Positions 30,223-40,686 are shown, counted from the stretch's first letter. The stretch: DNA of 64,000 nucleotides from an uncultured Actinomycetes bacterium (GCA_963704885.1 CAVPIB010000001.1:864001-928000); one strand, 5' to 3'. Notes: generated from the letters alone by a model not told the origin. Numbers and translations: made by a program.

Positions 30223-30233
30223 TCCGTCTCAGA

Positions 30234-30992
30234 CTAGCTGTCGCCGCGACCCCGCAGAAGCAGGCCGATCCCAACCAGTCCCAGGCACGCCGCGGTCACG
30301 ATCAGCACGATCGTCAGCGTGTTGGAGCCGCCGGCCGTGTCTGCGGGGCTGGGCGGCAAGGACGCGCCGCCCTCTCCGCCGACCAGCACATAGCCGAGCT
30401 CGTCCAACGGCCCCTCGGCCTGCTGCGCGGCGATCGAATCCGAACCCTCCTGCTGCTGCCACGCGTCCCCGTCCGCGGATGTGTACAGCTGGTGCGTGGC
30501 CGCGTGCAGGTTGGTGGTCACCGGGTACAGCAGGATGAGGTCCAACGGAAGGTCGAGCGGCGCGGCGTCACCGGATGGCCGATAAGAGGCCGTCAGCCGG
30601 TAGGCGTTGCCGAAGACGGTCACGTCCTTCCCCGGCGGGGTGAGCGTCGCCGGGTCGACGGGTTCGACCAAGAACAGGATCTCGGTCTGCTTCTTCTTGG
30701 CGGCGAACGCCTTGGAGGGCACCACGATCGTCACCTGGTTGTCGGACGTCACGAAGACCTCGGGTTGCGAACCCTTCGGATCCAGGGGGATGTGGAACTC
30801 GCCCGAGGAGGGTGGTTCGTTGGTCGCGGCCAGATCGGCGGGAGGGTTCACCCAGCGGTAGGCCTGCGGCGGGCCGATGCCGTCCAGGAGGGGTCCCCTG
30901 GCTAGCGGCGAGAGACGCCCGGAGTAGGCCGCCAGGACCGCGTATGCGGCCACCACGATCAACCCCACCGCGAGGACGCGACGGGAGCTCAC
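30234..30992 (-). CDS. Membrane-anchored extracytoplasmic protein (read in frame with the upstream SBP here)
   Basis: N- and C-terminal TMs; PLLDG...YRWVNPP; GTGA at a likely gene junction. Confidence 0.6.
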   Translation of the reverse strand: MSSRRVLAVGLIVVAAYAVLAAYSGRLSPLARGPLLDGIGPPQAYRWVNPPADLAATNEPPSSGEFHIPLDPKGSQPEVFVTSDNQVTIVVPSKAFAAKKKQTEILFLVEPVDPATLTPPGKDVTVFGNAYRLTASYRPSGDAAPLDLPLDLILLYPVTTNLHAATHQLYTSADGDAWQQQEGSDSIAAQQAEGPLDELGYVLVGGEGGASLPPSPADTAGGSNTLTIVLIVTAACLGLVGIGLLLRGRGDS

Positions 30993-32240
30993 CAGCGCGT
31001 CCGAGTCGCTCGGATCGATCGGCGATGTGGCGAATGCGGGTGGCCAGATCACGGCTGCCTGGCCGGGCGCCACCCATTCCCAGATCACGCTGGCCGCCGC
31101 CAGGTTGTCGCCTGCGTCGGACGAGCCGGGCGCGCCGAAGCGCAGGCCGCTGCCGTTGGGGAGGCTGCCCTGTGGGAGATCGATCGCGCGCGCGGCGGCG
31201 GCCACGTCCGCCGCATCCATCGAGTCCGCGGTGGGCAGGACGCTGGTGAAGAGCGCCCACGCCGCCGAGAACCCGGCGAGCGCGGCAGGGCTCATGTCCT
31301 TCTGCCAGCGGTCGCGGTACGCGTCGTTCGCGCGCTGGAGCAGTGCGCGTCCCTCGGGGCTCAGGCCGGCCGGATCGATCGATGCCGCCGACGGCTTGTC
31401 CGAGGCGTAGACGCCGACCGCGTCCTCACCCAGCGTGGCGCCGAATGCCGGCATGCAGTAGCTGGACGAAGTGCCTATGTTCGCCAGCAGCTCAACGTGC
31501 TGCGCGACCAGCTCGCGGCGAAGAGCGATCGCGTCCTCCAGGTACGCGGAGACGAACAGGACGTCTGGCCTGGCGGCTGCGATCTGCCGCACGAGTGCAG
31601 GCATGTCCACGGTCCTGAAGTCGTAGCTGAACTCCCCGACGTTGCGCAGGCCCCGCTCCTGAAGCTCGGTGCGCGCGCCCGACGCGACGGAGCTGCCGTA
31701 GACGTCGTCCACGTATGAGATCGCGTAACGAAGCGTGGCGGGATCGCGATCCTGCTCGGCTGCTACCTGGTCGTCGACGAAGGCGATCGCCGCGCGGCCG
31801 AGGACCTCGCCGGTGGGCGGGACGCGGAACGTCAGGCCTCCCCGGTCTGAGTTCGGCGGAAGCATGCCAACGGCGCCCGTCTCCCAGAACAGCATGCCGT
31901 TCGAGGCCGCCTGAGCGGAGGCCGGCGCCGAGATCGTGCTCCCGTAGCTGCCGAGGACCAGACCGACGCCGGCCGCGTCCAGCTGATCGATGGCGGACGC
32001 GGCCGCGTCTGACCCGGGCACGTCGATCGATCGGATCTCGATCTCGCGGCCGTCCACGCCGCCGTCCAGGTTGGCCAGGTCGGCCGCCAGCAGGACCCCC
32101 CGATACTCATCGATCCCGCCGGGGCCTTGGGAGCCCGAGAGTGGGTACACCGCACCCACCTGCAGGGTTCCGGAGCCGCCACCGCCGGAGCACGCCGCTC
32201 CCAAGAGCGCGAACGCCAGCACGACCTTCGTGAGCCTCAT
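30993..32240 (-). CDS. Lipoprotein ABC substrate-binding protein (branched-chain amino acid / periplasmic binding fold)
   Basis: Lipobox LGAAC, VGAVYPLSG, GSYGSTIS; no stop before the next gene. Confidence 0.8.
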
Positions 32241-32827
32241 CACCGCATCGTCACCGCCAGCAGGTTGGCCGCGGCGTGGGTCGCCGCGGGAACGCCCCAT
32301 GTTCCCGATGCCCACCGCTGCCACGAGAGCAGCAGGCCGGCCCCCAGGTCCACGGGGAACGCCGCAACGCCGTACAGAGGCACGTGGATCGCGGCGAACA
32401 TCAAGGCCGAACCGACGACGGCCACTGCGACCCCGTAGCGTTCCAGCCATCCGTAGGCAGCCCGCCGGAAGAGCGCCTCTTCGGCGACGGCGGCGAACAG
32501 GGCGAGTGGGAGAGCGGTCGCGCCGAGAGGGGCGGCGGGGATACGGCCCCCGGCCACCGCGGCCACACCGACGCCCGCCAGGCCGAGTGCCAGGACGGCG
32601 GCCGCGTTGAGCCGGACCCGGTCGCGCGCGGCCGGCGCCAGGAGCGAGGCCGCCAGGACCGCGCCGTAGAGCCCCGTCAGCAAGACGATCCGCGTAGCGT
32701 CCGGAGTGCGAAGGATCCATGTTCGGAGCAGGAGCACGGTGATGGCAGCGGCGACGAGGAGCGCCGTCCAGATGTCGAGCCGCGACGCGACGCGCATGTC
32801 CGCGACACGCGGGCTCGCGACGCTCAC
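32240..32827 (-). CDS. CPBP (CAAX/Abi) intramembrane glutamic protease
   Basis: EEALFR, FAAIH, THAAAN motifs. Confidence 0.88.
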   Translation of the reverse strand: MSVASPRVADMRVASRLDIWTALLVAAAITVLLLRTWILRTPDATRIVLLTGLYGAVLAASLLAPAARDRVRLNAAAVLALGLAGVGVAAVAGGRIPAAPLGATALPLALFAAVAEEALFRRAAYGWLERYGVAVAVVGSALMFAAIHVPLYGVAAFPVDLGAGLLLSWQRWASGTWGVPAATHAAANLLAVTMR

Positions 32828-33270
32828 GCCTTCACCTCGAACGCCACGGCCACGATTACGCGGGGATCGAACGGCGCATGATCCGTGGCGACGAACTCCA
32901 CCTTGAGCAGGTGCTGGCCCGGGGTGAGATTCGCGATGAGTTGTTCGAGCTCACCCGTCATGGTGACGAGCTGCTCGTCCAGGATGACGTGTAGGTGCCC
33001 CTCGTCGGGAACGACGTCCGTGGTGGTGGCGGCGACCACCTTCGCGTCCTTCAGCGACACCTTCAGCTGGACCGTGGTGCCTCGGATCACCTGCCCGTTC
33101 TTCGGGGAGACGATCGCAAGCTTCGCCGTGCTGGCGGGTCGGTCCGCGGCCGCGGTCGGCGCGGGCGAGGTTGGGCTCGGGGATCCGGCGTCACCTGAGC
33201 CGCAGGCGCTCGCCAAGACGACGAGCGACAGGCTGACGATGATCGCTCGTCCGCGGGATCTGCGCCTCAC
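32824..33270 (-). CDS. Lipoprotein with Ig-like GHxH domain (DUF4399-like), putative metal binding
   Basis: Lipobox LASAC, EGHLHVILD, DHAPF. Confidence 0.7.
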   Translation of the reverse strand: MRRRSRGRAIIVSLSLVVLASACGSGDAGSPSPTSPAPTAAADRPASTAKLAIVSPKNGQVIRGTTVQLKVSLKDAKVVAATTTDVVPDEGHLHVILDEQLVTMTGELEQLIANLTPGQHLLKVEFVATDHAPFDPRVIVAVAFEVKA

Positions 33271-33283
33271 GTCACACTCCCCT

Positions 33284-35275
33284 TCATATCGATTGCTCGA
33301 AGGATGCCACCAGCACGGCCCCGTCACCCGTCGTTGCTCGCAGGGAGAAGGTCCACAGACCGCTCGAGAGCGTGGTGTCGGATACGAAGTGTCCGGGGGA
33401 GAACCACTGGAGCTGGAGGATCGCCGCCGCGCCGTCGGGAGCGATCGCGATCATCTGAGCGTCTTCCAACTCCAGCTCGTTCCCGGTCGCGTCGAACGCC
33501 GTCAGGTGCAGCTGGCTCGGGCCGGCTACCGCCGGGTCGTTATACGCCTGGATCTGTACGCCACCCGGCAGCGTGATCGTGTAGAGGTCCGGCTGGCCCT
33601 CCGCAGTGGCTACGGAGACGGTCTGCTCCGGGCGCGTCACCAGCGTCAACGGTATCTCGGTTCCGGTCGACGAGGTCTGCACCACAACCGTTATGGTCCA
33701 GACCCCTTGGAGCGAGAGCTGCGTGCCGGTCGCCTGCCACCGCTCGCCCTCGCGCATCAGGTCCAGTGAGCTGGAGCCGACCCCGGCCTGTCCGATGGGC
33801 TCGAACCTGAGGGAGACATCGTTCGCGTCGATAGGCATGCCCGAGTCGAAGTCGGTCACTCGGACGTCGAACGTGTTGGGCCCTGCCGTGCCCGGTGTGA
33901 CGACGAGCCTGACATTCATGGTCGTGGCGAAGTCACTACCGTTCAACGTCGTGCGCTGCTCCACGGCGGGCGAGGCCGCGGCGGGTGGCTGCGGTGGCAG
34001 TCCGGTGAGCGTCCCGGTCAGGGCGAAGACACCCACGGCTCCGATCAGCTCGATCGCCATCACCCGGCGGATCAGGCCGGGACGGTCCTGAAGCCGCGGT
34101 ATGGAGCGATAGCGGTTGAACGCGCCGAGGGCGATGAGCAGGGCGACCACGGCGATCTTGATCGTGAGCGTGGTGCCGTAGGGGGTCTGGAAGAGCGGCA
34201 AGAGCTCGGTGAGGCCGCCTATCTCCTCGAAGGACCTAAGGACACCTGTAACGAGCACGACCGCCAGGGCGTAGCCTGCCAGCCTCGAGTAACGGCGGAT
34301 GTGGCGAGCGGTCTCATCCGCTCCGACCGCGCCGGGCGTCCTCTTCACCCCTTCGGTCGGATCGGATCAGCAGGAGCGCGAGAGCTATGCCGCCGATCCA
34401 CACGCCGATCGCCATGAAGTGGAGCCACTGCAGCGAGATCTGGACCGCCGGGGTGTCCGCGGCGGCGGCGTGGCCTCCCATGGCACGGACGAGCATGGCC
34501 GCCGCCGCGGTCTCCCCGACGACGGCGAGCGATGTGCGGCCGGACCTGCCAGCGGCGATGAGCGCCGCGACGGCTGCCACAGAAGCGGTCACCGACAACA
34601 GGATCGGATCGCGGCCCGTGTTCGATGAGAGCAGTTCGGTAAGCGAAACGTCGAGCGTGGCGCTTTGAGCCAGGACCATCGTCACGGCACCCAGTACCGC
34701 GAGAAGGGCTCCGATACGGAGCACCGTTCGCCGGGCGGGAACCACGCCGCCGAACGCCCATAGGCCCACTACGGCCGAGGCGAAGAGCAGGGCGAGCCCC
34801 GCGTACAGCGCCACCCTGCCCGCGACGCTCGCGAGCGACGGCGGGGGAGTAGCTTGCACCTGCACGCTGGGCTCTATCGCCGACCCAGGCGGCACGCCCA
34901 CGCCGAAGCCGAACGCGCCGGCCGAGGAGTGGCCGTCCGTCTCGGAGACCACGCGCCAGCTGACGGTGTAGACGCCGTCGGGCAGATCCGCGGGCAAGCT
35001 GATCCGGAGCTGATCGTCCGGGCCGGGCACGGCCTCGACTGGACCCGACTCGACGGGTGTGCCGTTCACGTCCAGGACGTGGACGATCGAGAGACGCGGA
35101 TCGGGTGGTTCGGTGAACGTCAGGGTGACCGTCGCCGGCGCGACATCCAGCGCGGCTCCGGACGCCGGGTCGGAGCTGGCCAGGCTGGCGTGCGCGTTGG
35201 CCACTCCGGCGAACGTCAGGGCGGACAGCCCCGCGAGCAAGAAGACCGCGATCGAGCGCCTGAGCGTGGTGTCAA
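33284..35275 (-). CDS. CopC-CopD-YtkA/FixH fusion copper uptake protein; frameshifts near 34335 and 35268
   Basis: Mature N-terminus HASL, SETDGH (CopC); GGHA, WLHF..GVWIGG (CopD); C-terminal Ig domains in a second frame. Confidence 0.85.
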
Positions 35276-35835
35276 GTGGACGCCCCAGCGGTGAACGCGA
35301 CGGTAGTTACCACCCGCGGGTCGAACGGGCCGTGATCCGCGGCCACGAACTCGGCCCGCAGCGTGTGCGATCCGGGGTCGAGTCCTGTGAGGTCGACCAG
35401 CTGGACCACGCCGTAGGTCATCGATACCAGCTGCCCGTCGAGCGAGAGATGGATGTGGCCGGTATCGGGGGTGAGCGCCGTGCTCGCGCTGTCGATCACG
35501 CGTCCTCCGGTCAGCTCCATCACCACCTCGGCTTGGTCCTCCTCGACATCCTCACCTGCAGTCGGTCTTTGGATCGTCAGCGTGGCAGTGGACGCGGGTC
35601 TCACGCCGCCCGGTGCGACGTTCGCGGGGTTCGGACGCATGAACTGTCGAGGCAGTATGAGCCCCGCGACCACCATCACCACGGCCACGCCCGACAGCAC
35701 CCACGCGGTCGCGAGGGGCAGCCGCGGGAACCCCCGTCCCCGGAGGCGGGACAGTCCCGCCCACCCGACCCACAGGCCCACGACGACGATCAGTAGCGTG
35801 ATCTGCTCGTCGGGGCTTCCTCCGTGCGCCAACAC
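35272..35835 (-). CDS. Membrane protein with N-terminal LAHGG and GHIH Ig-like domain
   Basis: Two TMs; C-terminal domain paralogous to 32824-33270 (GHIHLSLDG, DHGPF). Confidence 0.7.
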   Translation of the reverse strand: MLAHGGSPDEQITLLIVVVGLWVGWAGLSRLRGRGFPRLPLATAWVLSGVAVVMVVAGLILPRQFMRPNPANVAPGGVRPASTATLTIQRPTAGEDVEEDQAEVVMELTGGRVIDSASTALTPDTGHIHLSLDGQLVSMTYGVVQLVDLTGLDPGSHTLRAEFVAADHGPFDPRVVTTVAFTAGAST

Positions 35836-35841
35836 CTGCGG

Positions 35842-36492
35842 CTAGCTCCGCTTCCTGGTGACCAACGCCGCGACACCCACGATCAGGCCGAGCGCGCCGA
35901 GCACGATCCCGAGCATGCCGACGGTCCTGGCGCTCGCGGCCGCGTCGTTCGCGGCGTCGATCTCGCCGGCCGCTATCGCGAGCTCGCCGGCTGTCCTCTC
36001 CGATTCTTTCTCGATGCGCGAGGCCAGATCCGAGTTAGTGGGGTACTGCACCGGCGGGAACGTCGCGGCGGCGATGTCCTGGGCTTCGTCGAACGTCTTG
36101 GGTCCCGACGTGACGGACAGGGCGACCTCGTCGTCGCCGACCGAACCGGCGAGCGTGAACGTGTACGGGCCCGCCTGAGACGGGACGAAGGGCGCCTGGA
36201 ACTGCCCGGGCTCCTCCATCGGCTCGAACACCATCGGATCCGATGTCTGGTCGCCGAACCCGAGCGTGACCGTGAGCGAGTCTCCGACGTCGGTCACGGC
36301 GTGACCATCCCGCCTGAGCGCGAGGAAGACGGCGTTCGGCACGCCCACGAAGACCGGCTCATCGCGGAACCCGATCTCGAGCTCGAGCGGTCCCACTGTC
36401 TCTTCCGTATGTCCGGTCGCGACCTCGGGGACGAACATGACCATCGTTGCCGCCAAGACGGCGGCGGCCGAGAGCTTCGCTGGGATACGCAT
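35842..36492 (-). CDS. Secreted membrane-anchored Ig-fold protein with predicted N-terminal His
   Basis: Signal peptide ending ATG then HTEE; C-terminal TM; AAGGAG RBS. Confidence 0.72.
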   Translation of the reverse strand: MRIPAKLSAAAVLAATMVMFVPEVATGHTEETVGPLELEIGFRDEPVFVGVPNAVFLALRRDGHAVTDVGDSLTVTLGFGDQTSDPMVFEPMEEPGQFQAPFVPSQAGPYTFTLAGSVGDDEVALSVTSGPKTFDEAQDIAAATFPPVQYPTNSDLASRIEKESERTAGELAIAAGEIDAANDAAASARTVGMLGIVLGALGLIVGVAALVTRKRS

Positions 36493-36550
36493 AGGTGGTG
36501 CTCCTTCCGTCGTCTGATGTTCGCGCCGGCAGGCGCCAGGGCTCGATCCC

Positions 36551-37117
36551 TCAGAGAGCGGTCGGAGGACCTCGAACGCCGGTCGCGAACAGCTCGCGTC
36601 CGGTCGGGGCGAACGCACCCGTTGGAAGCGCGTACGCCGCCACCTGGCGCTGCGGCGCCTCCGCCCCCGTCGCCAGGGACGCGACTCGGTCGGCGAGGCG
36701 CAGCAGCCAACGGATGGCCGCGGCCGCCAGGGATGCGACCCCGATCTGCGCGGCGATGCCCAGCGGCAAGAGGTGCGCCTGGAACAGTCCGGCGAGCGCT
36801 GCGCCCGTCGCCACACGTTCGAGGACCTCCATCCCCAGGAAGGCGCTCACCTGGAACGCGATCATCCGCTGGGTGACGGACACACCATCGTCTGTGCTCC
36901 GCTTCGTCAACCTGCTCAGGAAGATCGAGGCGAACGCCACGAGCGCCGCCACGAGCGCGATGTCGCTCACGAGATCGAGGTACGAGTGTCCGGTGTCGTG
37001 AAGGATCACCGCGCGCTCGTGGGCACTGGGCGAGACGGCCAGGTAGGTCAGCCAGTGGCCTGCCAGCACGCCGCCTACGGCGACACCCAGCGTCGCCAGG
37101 CGACGTCGAGGACTCAT
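36551..37117 (-). CDS. His-rich membrane leader protein ending in RGPP (putative arrest peptide)
   Basis: About 4 TMs, GHWLTY, LHDTGHSYL, C-terminal GVRGPPTAL; TACAAT -10 box 7 nt before ATG. Confidence 0.72.
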   Translation of the reverse strand: MSPRRRLATLGVAVGGVLAGHWLTYLAVSPSAHERAVILHDTGHSYLDLVSDIALVAALVAFASIFLSRLTKRSTDDGVSVTQRMIAFQVSAFLGMEVLERVATGAALAGLFQAHLLPLGIAAQIGVASLAAAAIRWLLRLADRVASLATGAEAPQRQVAAYALPTGAFAPTGRELFATGVRGPPTAL

Positions 37118-37138
37118 GGCCCGGATTGTAGGCTTGCG

Positions 37139-37182
37139 GCCGGACAGAGCCTTGGGGGACGCCGGACAGAGCCTTGGGGGAC
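37139..37182. repeat. Perfect 22-bp tandem duplication
   Basis: GCCGGACAGAGCCTTGGGGGAC x2. Confidence 0.9.
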
Positions 37183-37190
37183 GGAAGACC

Positions 37191-38051
37191 GTGGATCCAC
37201 GAGACGTTCGGCACGTGGGGGTGGTGGGATGCGGCCTGATGGGCTCGGGCATCGTCGAGGTGGTCGCGCGCACAGGGAGCGAGGTGACCTTCGTCGAGGG
37301 GACCGACGAGCTGGTCGCGCGGGGCAGGGCGTCGATCGAACGCTCTGTGGGCAAGGCCGTTGATCGCGGCAAGATCCAGGAGGCCGATGCTCAGGCGCTG
37401 CTCGCGCGGGTGAACGGCGCGACCGACCTAGCCGCCCTCGAGGGATCCGATCTGGTCATCGAGGCTGCGACCGAGGATCTCCAGGCGAAGATCGCGATCT
37501 TCCGGACACTCGGAGAGATCATGCGACCCGAGGTCATCCTGGCGTCCAACACGTCGTCCATCCCGATCGTCGAGCTGGCGATAGCGTCGGGACGACCGGA
37601 CCGCGTGATCGGGATGCACTTCTTCAACCCACCGCCCGTCATGGCGCTCCTGGAGCTGACACCGGCGCTCACGACCTCCGACGAGACGGTGGCGCTCATC
37701 CGCGCCTACGGCACCGATGTGTTGGGCAAGACGTGCGTGCTGGCCAAGGATCAGGCGGGATTCATCGTGAACCGGCTGCTCACCCCCTACCTCTTCGATG
37801 CGGTCCGACTGTTGGAGCAGGGGTTCGCCTCGGCCGAGGACATCGACACCGCCGCGCATCTGGGGCTCGGCCATCCGATGGGACCGCTCGCGCTGCTGGA
37901 TCTGATCGGGCTGGACACCATGTTGAGCGTGGGCGAGGTGCTGTTCGAGGAGTTCCGCGACGAGCGCTACGCGCCGCCGCCGCTCCTGCGTCGGATGGTC
38001 GCCTCGGGGCGGCTGGGCCGCAAGTCAGGCGGCGGCTTCTACGAGGACTGA
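37191..38051 (+). CDS. hbd: 3-hydroxybutyryl-CoA dehydrogenase
   Basis: GCGLMGSG, SNTSS, GMHFFNP, GFIVNR, HPMGP. Confidence 0.92.
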   Translation: MDPRDVRHVGVVGCGLMGSGIVEVVARTGSEVTFVEGTDELVARGRASIERSVGKAVDRGKIQEADAQALLARVNGATDLAALEGSDLVIEAATEDLQAKIAIFRTLGEIMRPEVILASNTSSIPIVELAIASGRPDRVIGMHFFNPPPVMALLELTPALTTSDETVALIRAYGTDVLGKTCVLAKDQAGFIVNRLLTPYLFDAVRLLEQGFASAEDIDTAAHLGLGHPMGPLALLDLIGLDTMLSVGEVLFEEFRDERYAPPPLLRRMVASGRLGRKSGGGFYED

Positions 38052-38063
38052 CCCCTGGGCGGC

Positions 38064-38984
38064 CTATCCCTTCGCGCGGTCTATGAGGCCCGCCGTGTAT
38101 CCGGCGAGCTTCGCCGTGTCGATCCATCCCATCAACCCAGGGACGACCAACGTGGCGATCACGCGCTCTCGAGTGTCGGGGAGGCGGCGCCAGGCGCGAC
38201 GCAGCGGTGCGCGCGCGTACGTCACCGCACCCGCCGCCGCGATGACCCCGAGCCAGCGCCGTCGTGAGATCGCAGCGACGCCGAGCCCCGCGTACACACC
38301 GAACCGGAGAGCGTGACGCTCGGGGTACATCCCAGCCCGTGCGTCGCCGCGCGCGTAGCGGAAGTACTGGGTCCACGTGGCGCGCATGGTGGGTCGCAGG
38401 CGCCACGCCACGGTGGCGTCGGGGACGAAGCGCATGTCCAGTTGGAGCTCTCGCCAGCGGTGGTTCACCCACATGTCCTCGCCGATGTCGAGCCACTCGG
38501 GGTAGCCGCCCGCCGACTCGATCGCGCCGCGTCGGAAAGCCACCGAGCGGGCGCTCGGCATGAACGTCGCCGGATCCACCTCCTCGGGGCCTATCGGCAG
38601 GTTCACGGAGGCCAGGCACCCCTGGAGGAACCCGTCGGTGAGCGGCTCGTAGAAGCCCATCGAGACGTCGGCCCCGTCCTCGATCGGAGCCGAGATCCTT
38701 TCCAGCCAGGCCGGGTCGAGCACGCAGTCCGCGTCGCTCACCGCGATCAGGTCGTGGGCGGCGGCGGCGATCGCCAGGTTGCGGCCACGGGCGATGTTCG
38801 CGCCGCGCTCCTCTATCAAGGTGAGGCCCTCGACCCGACCGAGCAGGTCGACGGTCCCGTCGGTCGAGCCTCCGTCGACCACGATCAACTCGTCGGGCGT
38901 CCGCGTCTGCGCCGCGACCGACGCCATGAACTCCTCGATGTGGTCCGCGGCGTCCTTCACGGTGCAGATCAGTGAGACCTTCAC
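38064..38984 (-). CDS. Glycosyltransferase family 2
   Basis: VVDGGSTDGT, DAD, GED. Confidence 0.85.
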   Translation of the reverse strand: MKVSLICTVKDAADHIEEFMASVAAQTRTPDELIVVDGGSTDGTVDLLGRVEGLTLIEERGANIARGRNLAIAAAAHDLIAVSDADCVLDPAWLERISAPIEDGADVSMGFYEPLTDGFLQGCLASVNLPIGPEEVDPATFMPSARSVAFRRGAIESAGGYPEWLDIGEDMWVNHRWRELQLDMRFVPDATVAWRLRPTMRATWTQYFRYARGDARAGMYPERHALRFGVYAGLGVAAISRRRWLGVIAAAGAVTYARAPLRRAWRRLPDTRERVIATLVVPGLMGWIDTAKLAGYTAGLIDRAKG

Positions 38985-40121
38985 GACTGCTCCCGTCACC
39001 TGTCGGTAGACGCCGAGCGTAGCGCGCGCGGTCTCGGTCCACGAGAACATGGCAGCGCGCTCACGGCCGCGCCGCCGCAGGTCATCCGCCAGCGCGGGAT
39101 CGGTCAGCACGCGCGCGAGCGCGCCTGCGATCCCCCCGACGTCCTCGGGATCGACGAGCAGCGCGGCGTCTCCGGCCACCTCGGGCAGCGACGAGGTGTT
39201 AGAGGTCACGACCGGAGCACCCGCCGACATCGCCTCGAGGACCGGCAGGCCGAACCCCTCGTAGAGCGAGACATAGGCCACCACATCGGCGTCGGCATAG
39301 GCGGTGGCGAGGGTGTTCGCCGACAAACCTCCAGCTCGCACCACGCGGCCGGGCCCTCCCTTGGCGAGCTCGGCCCGGAGCTTATCGGCGCCCCACCCGT
39401 CGTCGCCGATGAGAACGAGCGACTGGGGTAACCCTTGCTCGGCCAGACGGCGATAGGCCTGAACCAGTCGCACCAGGTTCTTCCGGGGCTCGATCGTCCC
39501 CACGGCCAGGATGTATGGCGGCGTGATGCCGTGGTCGGCGAGCTCCTCGCGATCGGCCTCGACGATCTCGGCGGGAACCCACCGCTGCCAGGCTGCGAGC
39601 GGTGTCACGTGGATGCGCTCCGCGTCGACTCGACCGATCAGATCGTCCCGGACGCTCGACGACGGAACCAAGATCGCATCCGCGCGATCGATCGCGGCAC
39701 GCAGGCCTCGGCGGTAAAGAGCCAGCCACCTGCGCGGGAAGAGATCCGGATACCGCTCGAACGCCAGATCGTGGACGGTGACGACCAGTCGCTGGCCCGG
39801 ACGGACCGGAGGCACGGCGGCGTGGTTGGTGGCGTGGACGACGTCGTGATCGGCCAACGCGGACGGCAGGTTCGGCCGTCCAAACCAGTCCCACGCCGGG
39901 TAGAGGGTGCGGATCGACCAAGGCAGCTCAACGTCCGGGTAGCGCCCATCGGTCGTGAGCGGGGCTTGGGAAAGGTGCCGGCGCCTCCACTTCGAGTAGA
40001 ACGGCGTGAGCTCTAGGGCGGGATCTGCGGCGGGCAGGGCCTCCAGCAGCTCCCTGACGTAGGTGCCGATCCCCCCGGGCGCGCTGAACCACAGCTGATC
40101 GACGTGGAACGCGACCTTCAC
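38985..40121 (-). CDS. Glycosyltransferase family 4 (read in frame with the GT2 here)
   Basis: [27 protein letters not shown]. Confidence 0.88.
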
Positions 40122-40411
40122 CTGGAGGCCTCGACGCAGTCGCACCCTGCGGAACCCACCGTGGCCGAGTGCTCGGTCCCGGGGCCCAGATCCAACCGGT
40201 CGCCGGAGGCGAGCTCCACGTCGCCCTTGCGCGTGTGGAACACGATCGACCCCGACAGGCAGAACAGCACCTTGTGGTATCCGTGGTCGTGCCATCCGTA
40301 CGTGTCGCCGGGGCCGTTGCTCCAGGGGCGTGGCGAGGAGCAGCCCTCGGAGTGGAACGCCGCGAGCGCATCGGCTCGCGTCGCGGCCCCAGGCGTCCTC
40401 GTCGCCGCCAT
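40118..40411 (-). CDS. Small cupin-domain protein
   Basis: HDH...LSG and PGTEH cupin motifs. Confidence 0.75.
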   Translation of the reverse strand: MAATRTPGAATRADALAAFHSEGCSSPRPWSNGPGDTYGWHDHGYHKVLFCLSGSIVFHTRKGDVELASGDRLDLGPGTEHSATVGSAGCDCVEASR

Positions 40412-40426
40412 CGGGTCTTGGCCCGG

Positions 40427-40684
40427 CTACCGGACGTCGCCGCGGCCGTGCATCGGCGGCACGCCGCGACGCGCGAACTCCCCCGTCTGCCCGTGCCAAG
40501 GTTCGCGCGCGTAGCGCCGGACCTGGAGCCCGCCCAGCCCGGTCGCGTCGATCCGGCCCTGCAACACCCACGGGGTCGGTTTGGGGCTCTCCTGCATGAA
40601 GTAGCGCTCAAGCGCGGTCAAGATCGCGCGCTCATCCTCGGGAGACAGGCCGTCGGGCAGCTCGAACGTTCGATCGCCGTCCAT
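40427..40684 (-). CDS. Small protein, possible acyl-CoA carboxylase epsilon subunit
   Basis: Directly after the beta subunit; EDERAILTAL...TPWVLQGR pattern. Confidence 0.5.
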   Translation of the reverse strand: MDGDRTFELPDGLSPEDERAILTALERYFMQESPKPTPWVLQGRIDATGLGGLQVRRYAREPWHGQTGEFARRGVPPMHGRGDVR

Positions 40685-40686
40685 GG

